Notes under the pieces: model-generated | The model's database searches: none | The model's input: the letters and a program-made list of their open reading frames with translations, nothing else | What the model was told of the DNA's origin: nothing | Assembly (NCBI GenBank): GCA_943358385.1 | Contig: CALRGX010000005.1 | Location: forward strand, 2,886-66,885 | Reading direction: 5' to 3' | DNA length: 64,000 nt | Source of the DNA: Parcubacteria group bacterium | GTDB taxonomy: Bacteria; Patescibacteriota; Minisyncoccia; Phycocordibacterales; UBA2100 | Program-made: the position numbers and the translations under genes | Part shown: positions 1-8,531 of the stretch, in pieces | Numbering within the stretch: the stretch's first letter is position 1 | Layout of the letters: each line of letters starts with the position of its first letter

Positions 1-1
1 G

Positions 2-1036
2 ATGCAGTACCACACCGACCGAATGCAAGGACTTGCGCCCGATCTGCTGCAGCGTGCCGAGCGCAAAATGCACCTGCTGAACGAAGCACATGATGTGCTG
101 GGAAATCCAGAGCAGCGTGCGCAGTACGACACACTGTACGACACCTGGGAGAAACCCATCAGTCATGACGGTACTCCCATCATCGACCTCAGCGCCGAAG
201 GTTTTTCACTCTCGCGCTTGTTTGCGGGGATGGAAGGGTCTTCGGACGAGCATGATGCAAAAATGATTGAGCTGGCAGGGCAGCTGGCGCCTTTCAACGA
301 GGCCACCTACAACTTTTTCAAACATCAGGTGGAGTCCGAGGCGGGCTTGCCGCCAGGCCTCGAAAAGGCGTGGCAAGAGCAGCTGGAAGCACGTGAAGTG
401 CACCTGGCTCTGCGCGAATCTTTGATTCGCGACAGCATGGGTGTTCGTCGTAAGGACGGTGCGCCGCGCCTGTACTACGCGGAGCAGATTGAGGAAGAAG
501 TTGCCGCAGTCGTGCAGGAAGCACACGCAGCCATTGACACACAGGTGCTGCGACTTACTGCAGGCAAACCTGCTCTTTTGCCGGCGCCCGTTGGGGTGAG
601 CCCAGATGAAGGCAGCGTTGCCTTAATGGAGCACTACACGACGCGCATCAACCAGTACCTCGAGGCGAAAAAAGCGGAACTGGTTCCCTTGGTAAAAGAA
701 AGGGAAGAAATCCTCCGTCAGCGTTTCCAGCTCACGGCTCAGGTGTCGTATCATCCACTATCCACCGTCTTCACCGAACGGCTTGCCATTCAGGTGAAGA
801 CGCCAAAAAACACGACGCAATGGGTGACGGTAATCCGCACTGGCCCCACTCATGTGGAGATGAGTATGGAAGATGGTGTGAAAGAAATGGAAACGGATGC
901 GGGCGCAACGGCGTGGATTGCGAAGGGTTGGTCCATCGTTTCGTTTTTCGTGCAGCCAGGCATCGACATTCAGAGTCAGCTCTTGGAAGTGATTGAACAG
1001 CACATGAGCCAGGTGCCACACACAGAAACGGAATAG
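2..1036 (+). CDS. J-domain (DnaJ-like) protein, 5' partial
   Basis: The N-terminal segment (HLLNEAHDVLGNPEQRAQYD) matches the C-terminal half of a J domain. The ORF runs off the window start. The rest of the protein has no recognisable domain. Confidence 0.5.
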   Translation: MQYHTDRMQGLAPDLLQRAERKMHLLNEAHDVLGNPEQRAQYDTLYDTWEKPISHDGTPIIDLSAEGFSLSRLFAGMEGSSDEHDAKMIELAGQLAPFNEATYNFFKHQVESEAGLPPGLEKAWQEQLEAREVHLALRESLIRDSMGVRRKDGAPRLYYAEQIEEEVAAVVQEAHAAIDTQVLRLTAGKPALLPAPVGVSPDEGSVALMEHYTTRINQYLEAKKAELVPLVKEREEILRQRFQLTAQVSYHPLSTVFTERLAIQVKTPKNTTQWVTVIRTGPTHVEMSMEDGVKEMETDAGATAWIAKGWSIVSFFVQPGIDIQSQLLEVIEQHMSQVPHTETE

Positions 1037-1049
1037 ACGAGTGTGCGAA

Positions 1050-1080
1050 ACACACCGCCCGACAAAGTCGGGCGGTGTTC
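1050..1080 (+). terminator. GC-rich hairpin immediately after the J-domain gene stop
   Basis: ACACCGCCCGAC-aaa-GTCGGGCGGTGT forms a 12-bp stem 14 nt after the TAG. The U-tract is weak. Confidence 0.45.
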
Positions 1081-1084
1081 TGAT

Positions 1085-1172
1085 AAAAATATAAAGGTCG
1101 GTCCTTTATATTCTGAGGTGGTTCTCATGCAGACCTCCGTACTAAAAAATATAAAGGACCGACCTTTATATT
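1085..1172. promoter_or_regulatory. Pair of 28-bp near-palindromic elements bracketing an SD/ATG
   Basis: AAAAATATAAAGGTCGGTCCTTTATATT at 1085-1112 is the reverse complement of the copy at 1144-1172. Between them GAGGTGG-N5-ATG (ATG at 1127) is followed by ACCTCC, which can pair with the SD. Confidence 0.4.
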
Positions 1173-1250
1173 GCAGCTTGCGTGTGGGTGACCGCGTTCA
1201 TTTCGTGGATACAGGAGCCGACTGTGTGTGCGCAGTGCTACGATTTAGCC

Positions 1251-2282
1251 ATGTCATCAATGCGCCGGCTAGGTGCGCTTTTTGTGGGGGCCTGTGCCGC
1301 CATATGTACTTTTCCAGCAGTCGCGATGGCGCACACGCGCTGGTTTGCCGAAGGGACGCTTCAGCCCTACACCACCATGGAGCCTACTAGTTTATATTTG
1401 CTCGCCTGGGCCGTCATCACTACAGTTATTGTGAGTGTCGGCATCTATTTGGAGAGAAATACTATTCTGCGATTAGAATGGATTAAGCCGCGACTTGCGC
1501 ATTCCTTTGATAGAGCGGCGGGCACTTTTTCAATGGTGGCGGGCGCGTTTTTTGTAGTGGCAGGCACACATGAGTATCTCTTTTCGTCCAACATGGAAAA
1601 TGCTCTTGGTGTGCCCTCGTACTTCATTATTGCGCAGGTGTTTATTGGCCTCGCATTTTTGGTCGGAGCGTATGCACGTGTTGCGGCGCTCGCCTTGATT
1701 GCATTGTGGGCGCTCTCGATTGCATGGTTTGGTTGGTTGCCCATGGTTGAAAATCTGTGGGTGGTTGGGACTGGTCTTTTCATCCTGATAATGGGTAACG
1801 ATTATTTCAGCGTCCTAAATGTGCGGCTGCTCAAGAAATACACGCAGCACTATCATGCGTATGCATTGCCGCTTTTGCGCGTGTGTACTGGCGCCACATT
1901 GTTGGTGCTCGGCTTTTCGGAAAAGATTCTTCATCCCGAGTTCGGCATCAACTTTCTTGCTCAATACCACTGGAATTTTATGCAGCTGCTCGGATTTGCC
2001 GGGTACAGTGACTACCTCTTCACGCTCTCGGCCGGCTCGGTGGAAGCATTGCTCGGTATTGTATTTATTCTTGGCATCATGACCCGACTGAATGCATTGG
2101 TGGTCGCTACTTTTTTCACGATACCGCTTTTCATCCTGGGACCTATCGAGCTTGCTGGGCACCTGCCACATTTCGCGGCGGTGGTCATGCTTCTCTTGTT
2201 TGGAAGTGGTGACAAATTCGTTTTGATTCCACGGGTGCACCGCATTGCGGCCCACACGCGCCCAGGGGCGCATAGACGGTAA
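1251..2282 (+). CDS. Polytopic membrane protein with signal peptide, function unknown
   Basis: The ORF frame is 1182..2282. The start is chosen at MSSMRRLGALFVGACAAICTFPAVAMA|HTRW (signal-like) and is followed by multiple hydrophobic helices. Confidence 0.55.
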   Translation: MSSMRRLGALFVGACAAICTFPAVAMAHTRWFAEGTLQPYTTMEPTSLYLLAWAVITTVIVSVGIYLERNTILRLEWIKPRLAHSFDRAAGTFSMVAGAFFVVAGTHEYLFSSNMENALGVPSYFIIAQVFIGLAFLVGAYARVAALALIALWALSIAWFGWLPMVENLWVVGTGLFILIMGNDYFSVLNVRLLKKYTQHYHAYALPLLRVCTGATLLVLGFSEKILHPEFGINFLAQYHWNFMQLLGFAGYSDYLFTLSAGSVEALLGIVFILGIMTRLNALVVATFFTIPLFILGPIELAGHLPHFAAVVMLLLFGSGDKFVLIPRVHRIAAHTRPGAHRR

Positions 2283-2489
2283 TGATGGGTCTCGGGTACC
2301 TGGCTCGTCAGAGCTCTACACAGGTGGACGAGGTGAAGGGGGTGCGTACAATAGCCACAACACTCGTTTTATAGGCGTGTGATTAATAGCGTTACAACGC
2401 ATACATATGAAAGCAATACTAGGAATCGTGATTTTGATCGTGCTCGCAGCGGGCGGCTGGTACCTCTACGACAAAAAGAGTGCAGAAAA

Positions 2490-2957
2490 ATGGCACAAGA
2501 CGATGCGGCCATGAAAGCCGAAATGATGGCAAATGATCCAGATGGGGACGGTGACGACCACATGATGGGCACATCGACCGACGACATGATGATGGGTACA
2601 TCCAGCATGGCAACCTCGAGCTCTGCAACATCAACAGGCATGATGGATGACAAAAAGACGGAAGAAGTGGCTTCAGCGCCAGGAGCACCAGTCTTCACCA
2701 TGACCGGCAAAAATTTCGAGTTTTCCACGAAGGAGATGAAAGTAAAAAAAGGAGATAAAGTAACGGTGATTTTCGAGAGTTCGAGTGGATTCCATGATTG
2801 GGTGGTTGATGAATTTAAAGCAGCAACCAAACAGGTGAACCCTGGAACCAAGACATCGGTAACGTTTGTCGCAGATAAAACCGGCACGTTTGAGTACTAC
2901 TGCTCGGTAGGCAAGCATCGCCAGAGCGGTATGGTAGGGAAGTTGATTGTTGAGTAA
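2490..2957 (+). CDS. Cupredoxin (type-1 copper) domain protein with Met-rich linker; probably frameshifted from an upstream TM anchor ORF (2407..2511)
   Basis: The C-terminal domain has FHDW...YYCSVGKHRQSGM, matching the His/Cys/His/Met T1Cu ligand pattern. A Met/Asp/Gly-rich segment (DHMMGTSTDDMMMGTSSM) precedes it. A 34-aa TM ORF (MKAILGIVILIVLAAGGWYLYDKK...) lies in the +1 frame and overlaps at an A5 run at 2486-2490. Confidence 0.6.
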   Translation: MAQDDAAMKAEMMANDPDGDGDDHMMGTSTDDMMMGTSSMATSSSATSTGMMDDKKTEEVASAPGAPVFTMTGKNFEFSTKEMKVKKGDKVTVIFESSSGFHDWVVDEFKAATKQVNPGTKTSVTFVADKTGTFEYYCSVGKHRQSGMVGKLIVE

Positions 2958-3048
2958 AGGAGAAAACCGTTTCGGGAAAAGACAGCCGCGCCCTATGGGC
3001 GCGGCTGTCGTGTTTGTAGCAAGGCCTGGGTAGCGGTACAGTCTGGGT

Positions 3049-4194
3049 ATGCAAGGCGTCATTCATACGCGGAAAGTCGTTAGTAGTGTATTTTTCGTCG
3101 CCATCGCCATTGGCGGGTTTTTGGTCCCCGCATCGAGTGGTGCCCAAGAACTCTTGCCTGAAGTGGAGCACATATGGAAAGCTCAGGCCGTGAGTGTCTC
3201 GAGTGCGACGACAACATTCGAGGCATTTGGTGTGGAGTCGCAGTCCCAAATCCTCGAAGCTCGTATTCTGGAAGGCGAACGCTCGGGGGAAGTGGTACAG
3301 TTTCGCAACGACTACATCCTCCTTAAATCTGGAGACCGATTCTATCTGCGCCATAGCGTGCAGCCAGGAGGAGAAGATAGTTTTGCGGTGTTCGACCGAG
3401 ATCGACATCTGGTCTTGGGGGTGCTGGCTCTTTTATTTGTTGCGGCGGTTATATTCCTCGGAGGAATACAGGGTGTGCGTGCGCTGCTATCACTCATCGC
3501 CAGTTTCCTCTTGATTATGTACGTACTGGTGCCGTCACTCCTTGCGGCATATCCGCCCGTTTTGGTAAGTGTGGTGATTGCAGCGGGCATTTTGGCGCTC
3601 GCCATATTTCTGACACATGGCATCAATCGGGGGTCAGTCGTGGCGTTTGTAGGCACAGTCACTGCGGTGTTGTGTACTGGTGCACTGGCGACACTCGTCT
3701 CGTACTTTGCGGGATTTACGGGATTGGGCCCGGACGAGGCAACCTACCTTAATTTGGCAACGGGTGGAACGCTGGATTTAGCGGGTCTCCTTCTGGCGGG
3801 GATTATCATCGGTATGCTTGGTGTGTTGGACGATATTGCCATCACCCAGGTAGCGGTGGTGCGTGAGCTCTACCATGCGACACCGGATATGAGCAGGCAC
3901 GAAGTTTATACGCGTGCTATGCGTGTCGGGAAAGAACATGCCGGGGCATTGGTGAATACCTTGGTATTGGCGTACAGCGGTGCGGCGCTCCCGCTCATTA
4001 TGCTCTTCGCGCTCTCTGAAGAGAGTATGCTTTTTTTCATCAATAGAGAGATTTTTGCCGTGGAAATAGTACGAGCCCTGGTCGGCTCTATCGGCCTCAT
4101 GGTAGCGGTCCCCGTCACGACCGCGCTTGCCGCGTGGTTTTTGCGAGGACACGCGCATGGCGTCGGGCCCGTGCACGGCCATCACCACGGATAG
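3049..4194 (+). CDS. YibE/F-family-like integral membrane protein with His-rich C-terminus
   Basis: An N-terminal signal/TM is followed by a soluble domain and then about 6 hydrophobic helices. The architecture and the motifs LLKSGDRFYL and GVLDDIAITQ are reminiscent of the YibE/F family. The tail is HGHAHGVGPVHGHHHG. Confidence 0.45.
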   Translation: MQGVIHTRKVVSSVFFVAIAIGGFLVPASSGAQELLPEVEHIWKAQAVSVSSATTTFEAFGVESQSQILEARILEGERSGEVVQFRNDYILLKSGDRFYLRHSVQPGGEDSFAVFDRDRHLVLGVLALLFVAAVIFLGGIQGVRALLSLIASFLLIMYVLVPSLLAAYPPVLVSVVIAAGILALAIFLTHGINRGSVVAFVGTVTAVLCTGALATLVSYFAGFTGLGPDEATYLNLATGGTLDLAGLLLAGIIIGMLGVLDDIAITQVAVVRELYHATPDMSRHEVYTRAMRVGKEHAGALVNTLVLAYSGAALPLIMLFALSEESMLFFINREIFAVEIVRALVGSIGLMVAVPVTTALAAWFLRGHAHGVGPVHGHHHG

Positions 4195-4243
4195 GGTGCA
4201 TTTCCAAAAAAGGGTAGGGGCGCGTATACTCAGGGTACCTGCC

Positions 4244-5131
4244 ATGCTGTCACTCGTACTTTCCCCTCTGCGCATCCTGATGACGGGGCTCACCGCGCTG
4301 GCCATTGCCGTGTCATCCCTGGCGTACATGAAAAATGTAGAGCGCGTCCCTGTTCTCGTGGAGGCACCGCCGGTCTACTTTCATTGCGCACAAGGGAGGT
4401 CCTTCATTTTCACACCGCATACCGGCTCGGCAACAATTGAGCTTTCTGACGGCAGAGTGATGGAATTATATGCAAAAGAGACCGACGCGGGGGTGCGATA
4501 TTTAGACAAAGACGAGACCGGCGAATTTACCGTGCATGGTGATAGTGCTGGATTTATTTCACATGGGCTAGAAGATTTTAGCGATTGTTCGCGGGAAGAT
4601 GTGCCGAGTGTAAACACGTGCGTGCTGTCGTTGAAAAAGGCAGTGACTGCGTATGCTCGCCCGAGTACCAATGCTGCCGTGTTTGGCACCATTGCGATGG
4701 ATGAAAAGTCTCCCGTTGTAGGGCGCACCACGACGGGCTGGATTGGTGTTGAACCAGGTGTTCCTCAGGCGCCGAATATTGGTCCTTTTCGGGCTCGTTG
4801 GATTGAGCTCACCCCTGATGTGGCACTGGAAGGAGCTACCTGTAGTGTCCTTCCTATCATGCCTGCCCTTGATACACAGGCGTGTTACGTGATGGTGCAC
4901 CAAGACACTGCCGTGTATGCCCAGCCAGTTCGCGCATCAGCCACGGTGGCGACATTGTACAGCGGTGCGTATGTGCGCGCCGTATCACGCGACACGCGAG
5001 ATGCTGACTTTCTGAAGGTTAACCTTACCGACGGATCTTCTGGCATTGGGCGCACCGGAAAAACAATTGGATGGGTGCATAGCGCCGATGTGGATGTGAA
5101 TGGCGCGTGCGCGGCAGAAGATTTCTACTAG
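4244..5131 (+). CDS. Secreted/membrane-anchored hypothetical protein
   Basis: There is an internal start at MLSLVLSPLRILMTGLTALAIAVSSLA (signal/anchor) within the ORF frame 4127..5131. No recognisable domain was found. Confidence 0.45.
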   Translation: MLSLVLSPLRILMTGLTALAIAVSSLAYMKNVERVPVLVEAPPVYFHCAQGRSFIFTPHTGSATIELSDGRVMELYAKETDAGVRYLDKDETGEFTVHGDSAGFISHGLEDFSDCSREDVPSVNTCVLSLKKAVTAYARPSTNAAVFGTIAMDEKSPVVGRTTTGWIGVEPGVPQAPNIGPFRARWIELTPDVALEGATCSVLPIMPALDTQACYVMVHQDTAVYAQPVRASATVATLYSGAYVRAVSRDTRDADFLKVNLTDGSSGIGRTGKTIGWVHSADVDVNGACAAEDFY

Positions 5132-5150
5132 ACATTCCTACCATCCGCGT

Positions 5151-5864
5151 ATGTCCACCACACCGTACTCCAAAGTTGCTGCATTGTGGCATCCGTTTTT
5201 AGTGTTGGGAGGTTTTGACCGTGGCTTGCGCCACCTCATAAAACGATTGCCATACTTGCCGCCGAACGATGCACCACTCAAAGTACTCGATATAGGTTGC
5301 GGGTCTGCGGTGATGAGTTTTGCACTCCTGAAGCGCTTTCCTCAGGCTGAAGTTTTGGCCACTGATATGGACCCCATTATGGTGCGTGAGGCGGTAAAGC
5401 ACCGCGACAAGCTGGGCATCAAGAGAACACAGTGCGCTTTTGCCTGCTCGGATGCCAACTATCCCCACATGGTGCAGTACGGTTGTACGGGGGCATATCA
5501 GGAGTTGCCGCATGAAGCATTTGACCTGGTGGTTGCGGGTGCGGTCTTGGAGCATGTCGATTTAGATCGTGCCATACAATCAGTGTTTGCCTTGTTGAAG
5601 CCAGGCGGCACGTTTCTCATCATTGCGATGCGCGAAGAAGCCTTTCTTTCCAAGGTGTATGAGCGTGTCTATCATTGCATCCCGCGATCTATCGAGACAC
5701 ATCGCGAAAGTCTCATGGCCGCAGGGTTTCAAAGTGTTTTGGTGGAACGAACGCGATTGAGCGACTTCAGTGCAAACCTCACTCGCGTAGCAATTATTGC
5801 GCGCAAGGCACCTCACGTCGCTTCGTCTGAGGACCTCGCGTATACTGTGCCTATTATTGCGTAG
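5151..5864 (+). CDS. Class I SAM-dependent methyltransferase
   Basis: VLDIGCGSAVMSF...ATDMDPIMV matches SAM-binding motifs I and II. The start is chosen at MSTTPYSK. Confidence 0.6.
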   Translation: MSTTPYSKVAALWHPFLVLGGFDRGLRHLIKRLPYLPPNDAPLKVLDIGCGSAVMSFALLKRFPQAEVLATDMDPIMVREAVKHRDKLGIKRTQCAFACSDANYPHMVQYGCTGAYQELPHEAFDLVVAGAVLEHVDLDRAIQSVFALLKPGGTFLIIAMREEAFLSKVYERVYHCIPRSIETHRESLMAAGFQSVLVERTRLSDFSANLTRVAIIARKAPHVASSEDLAYTVPIIA

Positions 5865-5878
5865 TACTCAATCTCTCT

Positions 5879-6421
5879 ATGGTAAAGATGCTTACTGGTT
5901 TCGTGGTGGCTGGGGCGGTTATTCTTGGCGGGTGGTGGTACTTTGGGTCAGATACGACGGCGCCCGGTGCAGAAACTGCTCCCACAGAAAACACCGGCAC
6001 AGCTCCCACTGAGTCTGTACAAGCTGGTACGTTCAGCGGATCGTTTGATGATTTGGCAGCACGCGGCGGCGACTGGAAGTGCACCTTTACGTCAAAGACC
6101 GAAATGGGTGATGCAGTAGGTACTGTGTATGTTTCAGGAAAAAATATCCGTGGTGATTTTTCAATGATCGCGCCGGTTATTGGGAAAGTAGACAGCTACA
6201 TGATTGCTGATAGTGAATTCACGTACTCGTGGTCTTCGATGCTGCCGCAGGGTTTTAAAGCGAAGCGTGCAGATGGGGGAGTGGCTGCAGAGACTGACAC
6301 AAAAACTGCTGACACTATGGTGAACCCTAAGATGGCGATGAATTACAACTGCGAGCCGCATACGGCAGATGCGGCGCTCTTCGTCGTGCCGAGCAACGTT
6401 ACCTTCAAAGATTTGAACTAA
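5879..6421 (+). CDS. Hypothetical exported protein (N-terminal TM anchor)
   Basis: MVKMLTGFVVAGAVILGGWWYFG serves as an anchor and the remainder is a soluble domain. A terminator follows. Confidence 0.5.
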   Translation: MVKMLTGFVVAGAVILGGWWYFGSDTTAPGAETAPTENTGTAPTESVQAGTFSGSFDDLAARGGDWKCTFTSKTEMGDAVGTVYVSGKNIRGDFSMIAPVIGKVDSYMIADSEFTYSWSSMLPQGFKAKRADGGVAAETDTKTADTMVNPKMAMNYNCEPHTADAALFVVPSNVTFKDLN

Positions 6422-6448
6422 CGCTTCACGTTCAAGCAGTACAGAGTG

Positions 6449-6478
6449 AGGCGCGGCAACCTTTGGTTGCCGCGCCCT
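6449..6478 (+). terminator. Rho-independent terminator
   Basis: GAGGCGCGGCAACC-ttt-GGTTGCCGCGCCCTC is a perfect hairpin 28 nt after the stop. Confidence 0.6.
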
Positions 6479-6492
6479 CTTGCTCCCATCAC

Positions 6493-6789
6493 CTACATAC
6501 TCGGTGGTTCGTATACGCACAAAAGCTGCAGCGTGTGAGGCGAAATGCACACATGCCAACGCATATCGCGCGAAAGGCGTCGTGGGAACTCAGGCGGCAC
6601 TACTGCCGAGCGGCCGTGCTCGCTCATCATGTACAATCCGCCTGGCACCATTTCAATCCGTGATGCTGGCGCACAGTCGCCGTTGTTGCAGCAACCACTT
6701 TCATACCACGACACAACGCTACCATCGGTATTCACATGATCGTGTGCCATGGTGGATGCGGTAGTGATAAGGAGTATGAACGTCATCAT
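6493..6789 (-). CDS. Small putative exported His/Cys/Met-rich protein (low confidence)
   Basis: The internal start MMTFILLITTASTMA|HDHVNTDG... gives a signal-like N-terminus and a mature peptide beginning with His. It has the motifs WYESGCCNNGDCAP and LYMMSEHG. No SD is present, and the longer listed ORF frame 6493..7056 would overlap the next gene. Confidence 0.3.
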   Translation of the reverse strand: MMTFILLITTASTMAHDHVNTDGSVVSWYESGCCNNGDCAPASRIEMVPGGLYMMSEHGRSAVVPPEFPRRLSRDMRWHVCISPHTLQLLCVYEPPSM

Positions 6790-6959
6790 GCATACAGATA
6801 CCGCATTGTGCGGATGTCTGAGTATCATGCGATGTATCCTCCGTTTGGTGCAGTCTTTTTGCACCATACGCCGATTTATCATATGTGCAAGATTGTGATA
6901 TTCTCGAAAAAGGCAGCTCGTTGGTACAGCTGACCTCCTCGAACCAAGGAGACAGTACG

Positions 6960-7370
6960 ATGAAGAAACTGCGCTACGCAGGGGCAGCATTGCTCCTCCT
7001 GACACTGACGGCACTGACGGCCACACCTGCTGCCGCAAGCTTCTGCGGCGGCTCAACTGCCTGGAAGATGCTCACGAACGTCGCCTATGTCCAGTATGCC
7101 GACCCGGCACTACAGCAGAGGCTCTCGTTCTTCGAACGCTGGCAGGTACGCCGCGATCTCGACCTGCTCGAGACCACAACGGTCGGCCAGGCGCAGATCG
7201 ATGCGCTCGATCGTCTGATCGCAACGGCCCGTGCAAAACTTGGCCGTGATGCTGCTCGTCCCTATGCCGGCGCTGCCTACGAGCTCATCGGCAAGGTCTA
7301 CCACATCATGTCGGAGCACAATGGTGACCTCACGCTCGCCGATCGTGCCGAGGGCAATGTGGCTGGTTAA
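6960..7370 (+). CDS. Secreted hypothetical protein
   Basis: AAGGAG-N8-ATG precedes the start. The signal peptide is MKKLRYAGAALLLLTLTALTATPAAA. A strong terminator follows. Confidence 0.6.
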   Translation: MKKLRYAGAALLLLTLTALTATPAAASFCGGSTAWKMLTNVAYVQYADPALQQRLSFFERWQVRRDLDLLETTTVGQAQIDALDRLIATARAKLGRDAARPYAGAAYELIGKVYHIMSEHNGDLTLADRAEGNVAG

Positions 7371-7394
7371 GCTACGGCATTTTGATGCCTTTTG

Positions 7395-7431
7395 AAACGC
7401 CGCCTCCCCTTGAGGCGGCGTTTTCTTTTTT
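7395..7431 (+). terminator. Rho-independent terminator
   Basis: AAACGCCGCCTC-ccctt-GAGGCGGCGTTT is followed by TCTTTTTT. Confidence 0.75.
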
Positions 7432-7787
7432 GCACTCTTTTGCTGAGAGGCGTATGCTCGTGCTATGGAACTCTCTCAAGTCTGCCCCGATGTATCTAGC
7501 TGGCGTCACGACCGCCACGAGGCATTCGAATTGGGTGGGGCTGTGGTACCAGGACTTTTCCGTGATGTGTATCGCTATCGAGAAGATAGTACCGATGAGG
7601 ACTCACTTTCATGCGCATTCTACACACTCCATGATAAGCGGGTGCTTTCCGTCTGGGGTGTAGTTGGTGGCGCCGATTGCTGTCGGTACCACCAGCTGGA
7701 AGAGGGCGCGGTTCTCCCTGGTGCACCGAACATGCACGTGGACGTGAGCGAGCATTCTTTGTGGATTAACGATAAGCAATTTGCTCT

Positions 7788-8507
7788 ATGATTCAACATT
7801 TTTCTATAACCGGAATGCATTGTGGTGCGTGTGTTAAAAAAGTCGAAGCGGCCGTAGGTGCGCTTGCAGGGGTGCGAGTGGTGCGGGTCGACCTTGCGTC
7901 GCAATCAATAGTACTCGAACACGACGCGCCACTTGAGCGCGCTGTAGTGTCACATGCTATAGCCGCTGCCGGGCCATACGTTCTTGGCGACGCCCAGAAC
8001 ATAGTAAAGACACCACCTGCATCCGGTGGGGTTATACGCAGGGTTATGCCGCTCCTTCTCATGCTTGTGTTGGTAACCCTCTTTGCCCTCTTAAAGCAAA
8101 TATTTTTTGCATCGCCGGCCACATTCCATGGGCTAATGCAGGATTGGATGGCCGGATTCTTCTTGCTATTTGGAGTGCTGAAGGTTATCAATCTGAAGAA
8201 ATTTGCCCTCATGTATCAGGGGTATGATGTCGCGGCAAAGCGTTTCCCGTGGTGGGGTTACCTGTACCCATTTCTGGAAGTGGGTCTGGGTCTACTCTTC
8301 CTGTTTGGCGCTGCGCTCGTTTTTGCGAATGTGGCAACAGTCGCGCTGATGGGTTTGGGCATGATTGGCATCTACAAAAAAATCCACTCCGAAGGAGAGG
8401 TGCAGTGCGCGTGTCTGGGAGGATTTTTCAATGTGCCAGTCACCTGGTTTACGTTTGCTGAAAATGGATTGATGGTGGTGATGGCTGTGTGGATGCTTTT
8501 GCAATAG
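7788..8507 (+). CDS. HMA (heavy-metal-associated) domain fused to MauE/DoxX-family redox-associated membrane protein
   Basis: The N-terminus ITGMHCGACVKKVEAAV is an HMA ferredoxin-like metal-binding motif. The C-terminal 4-TM domain with LYPFLEVGLGLLFLFG and QCACLGGFF is clearly homologous to the ORF at 35873..36517. Confidence 0.6.
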   Translation: MIQHFSITGMHCGACVKKVEAAVGALAGVRVVRVDLASQSIVLEHDAPLERAVVSHAIAAAGPYVLGDAQNIVKTPPASGGVIRRVMPLLLMLVLVTLFALLKQIFFASPATFHGLMQDWMAGFFLLFGVLKVINLKKFALMYQGYDVAAKRFPWWGYLYPFLEVGLGLLFLFGAALVFANVATVALMGLGMIGIYKKIHSEGEVQCACLGGFFNVPVTWFTFAENGLMVVMAVWMLLQ

Positions 8508-8531
8508 AGCGCACAATAAACGACATCAGTC

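Noticed and set aside
1043-1390. 115-aa ORF overlapping the start of the membrane protein gene
   Set aside because: The overlapping 1251..2282 frame encodes a convincing polytopic membrane protein. Only the SD-ATG at 1127 is kept, as a possible leader or regulatory feature.
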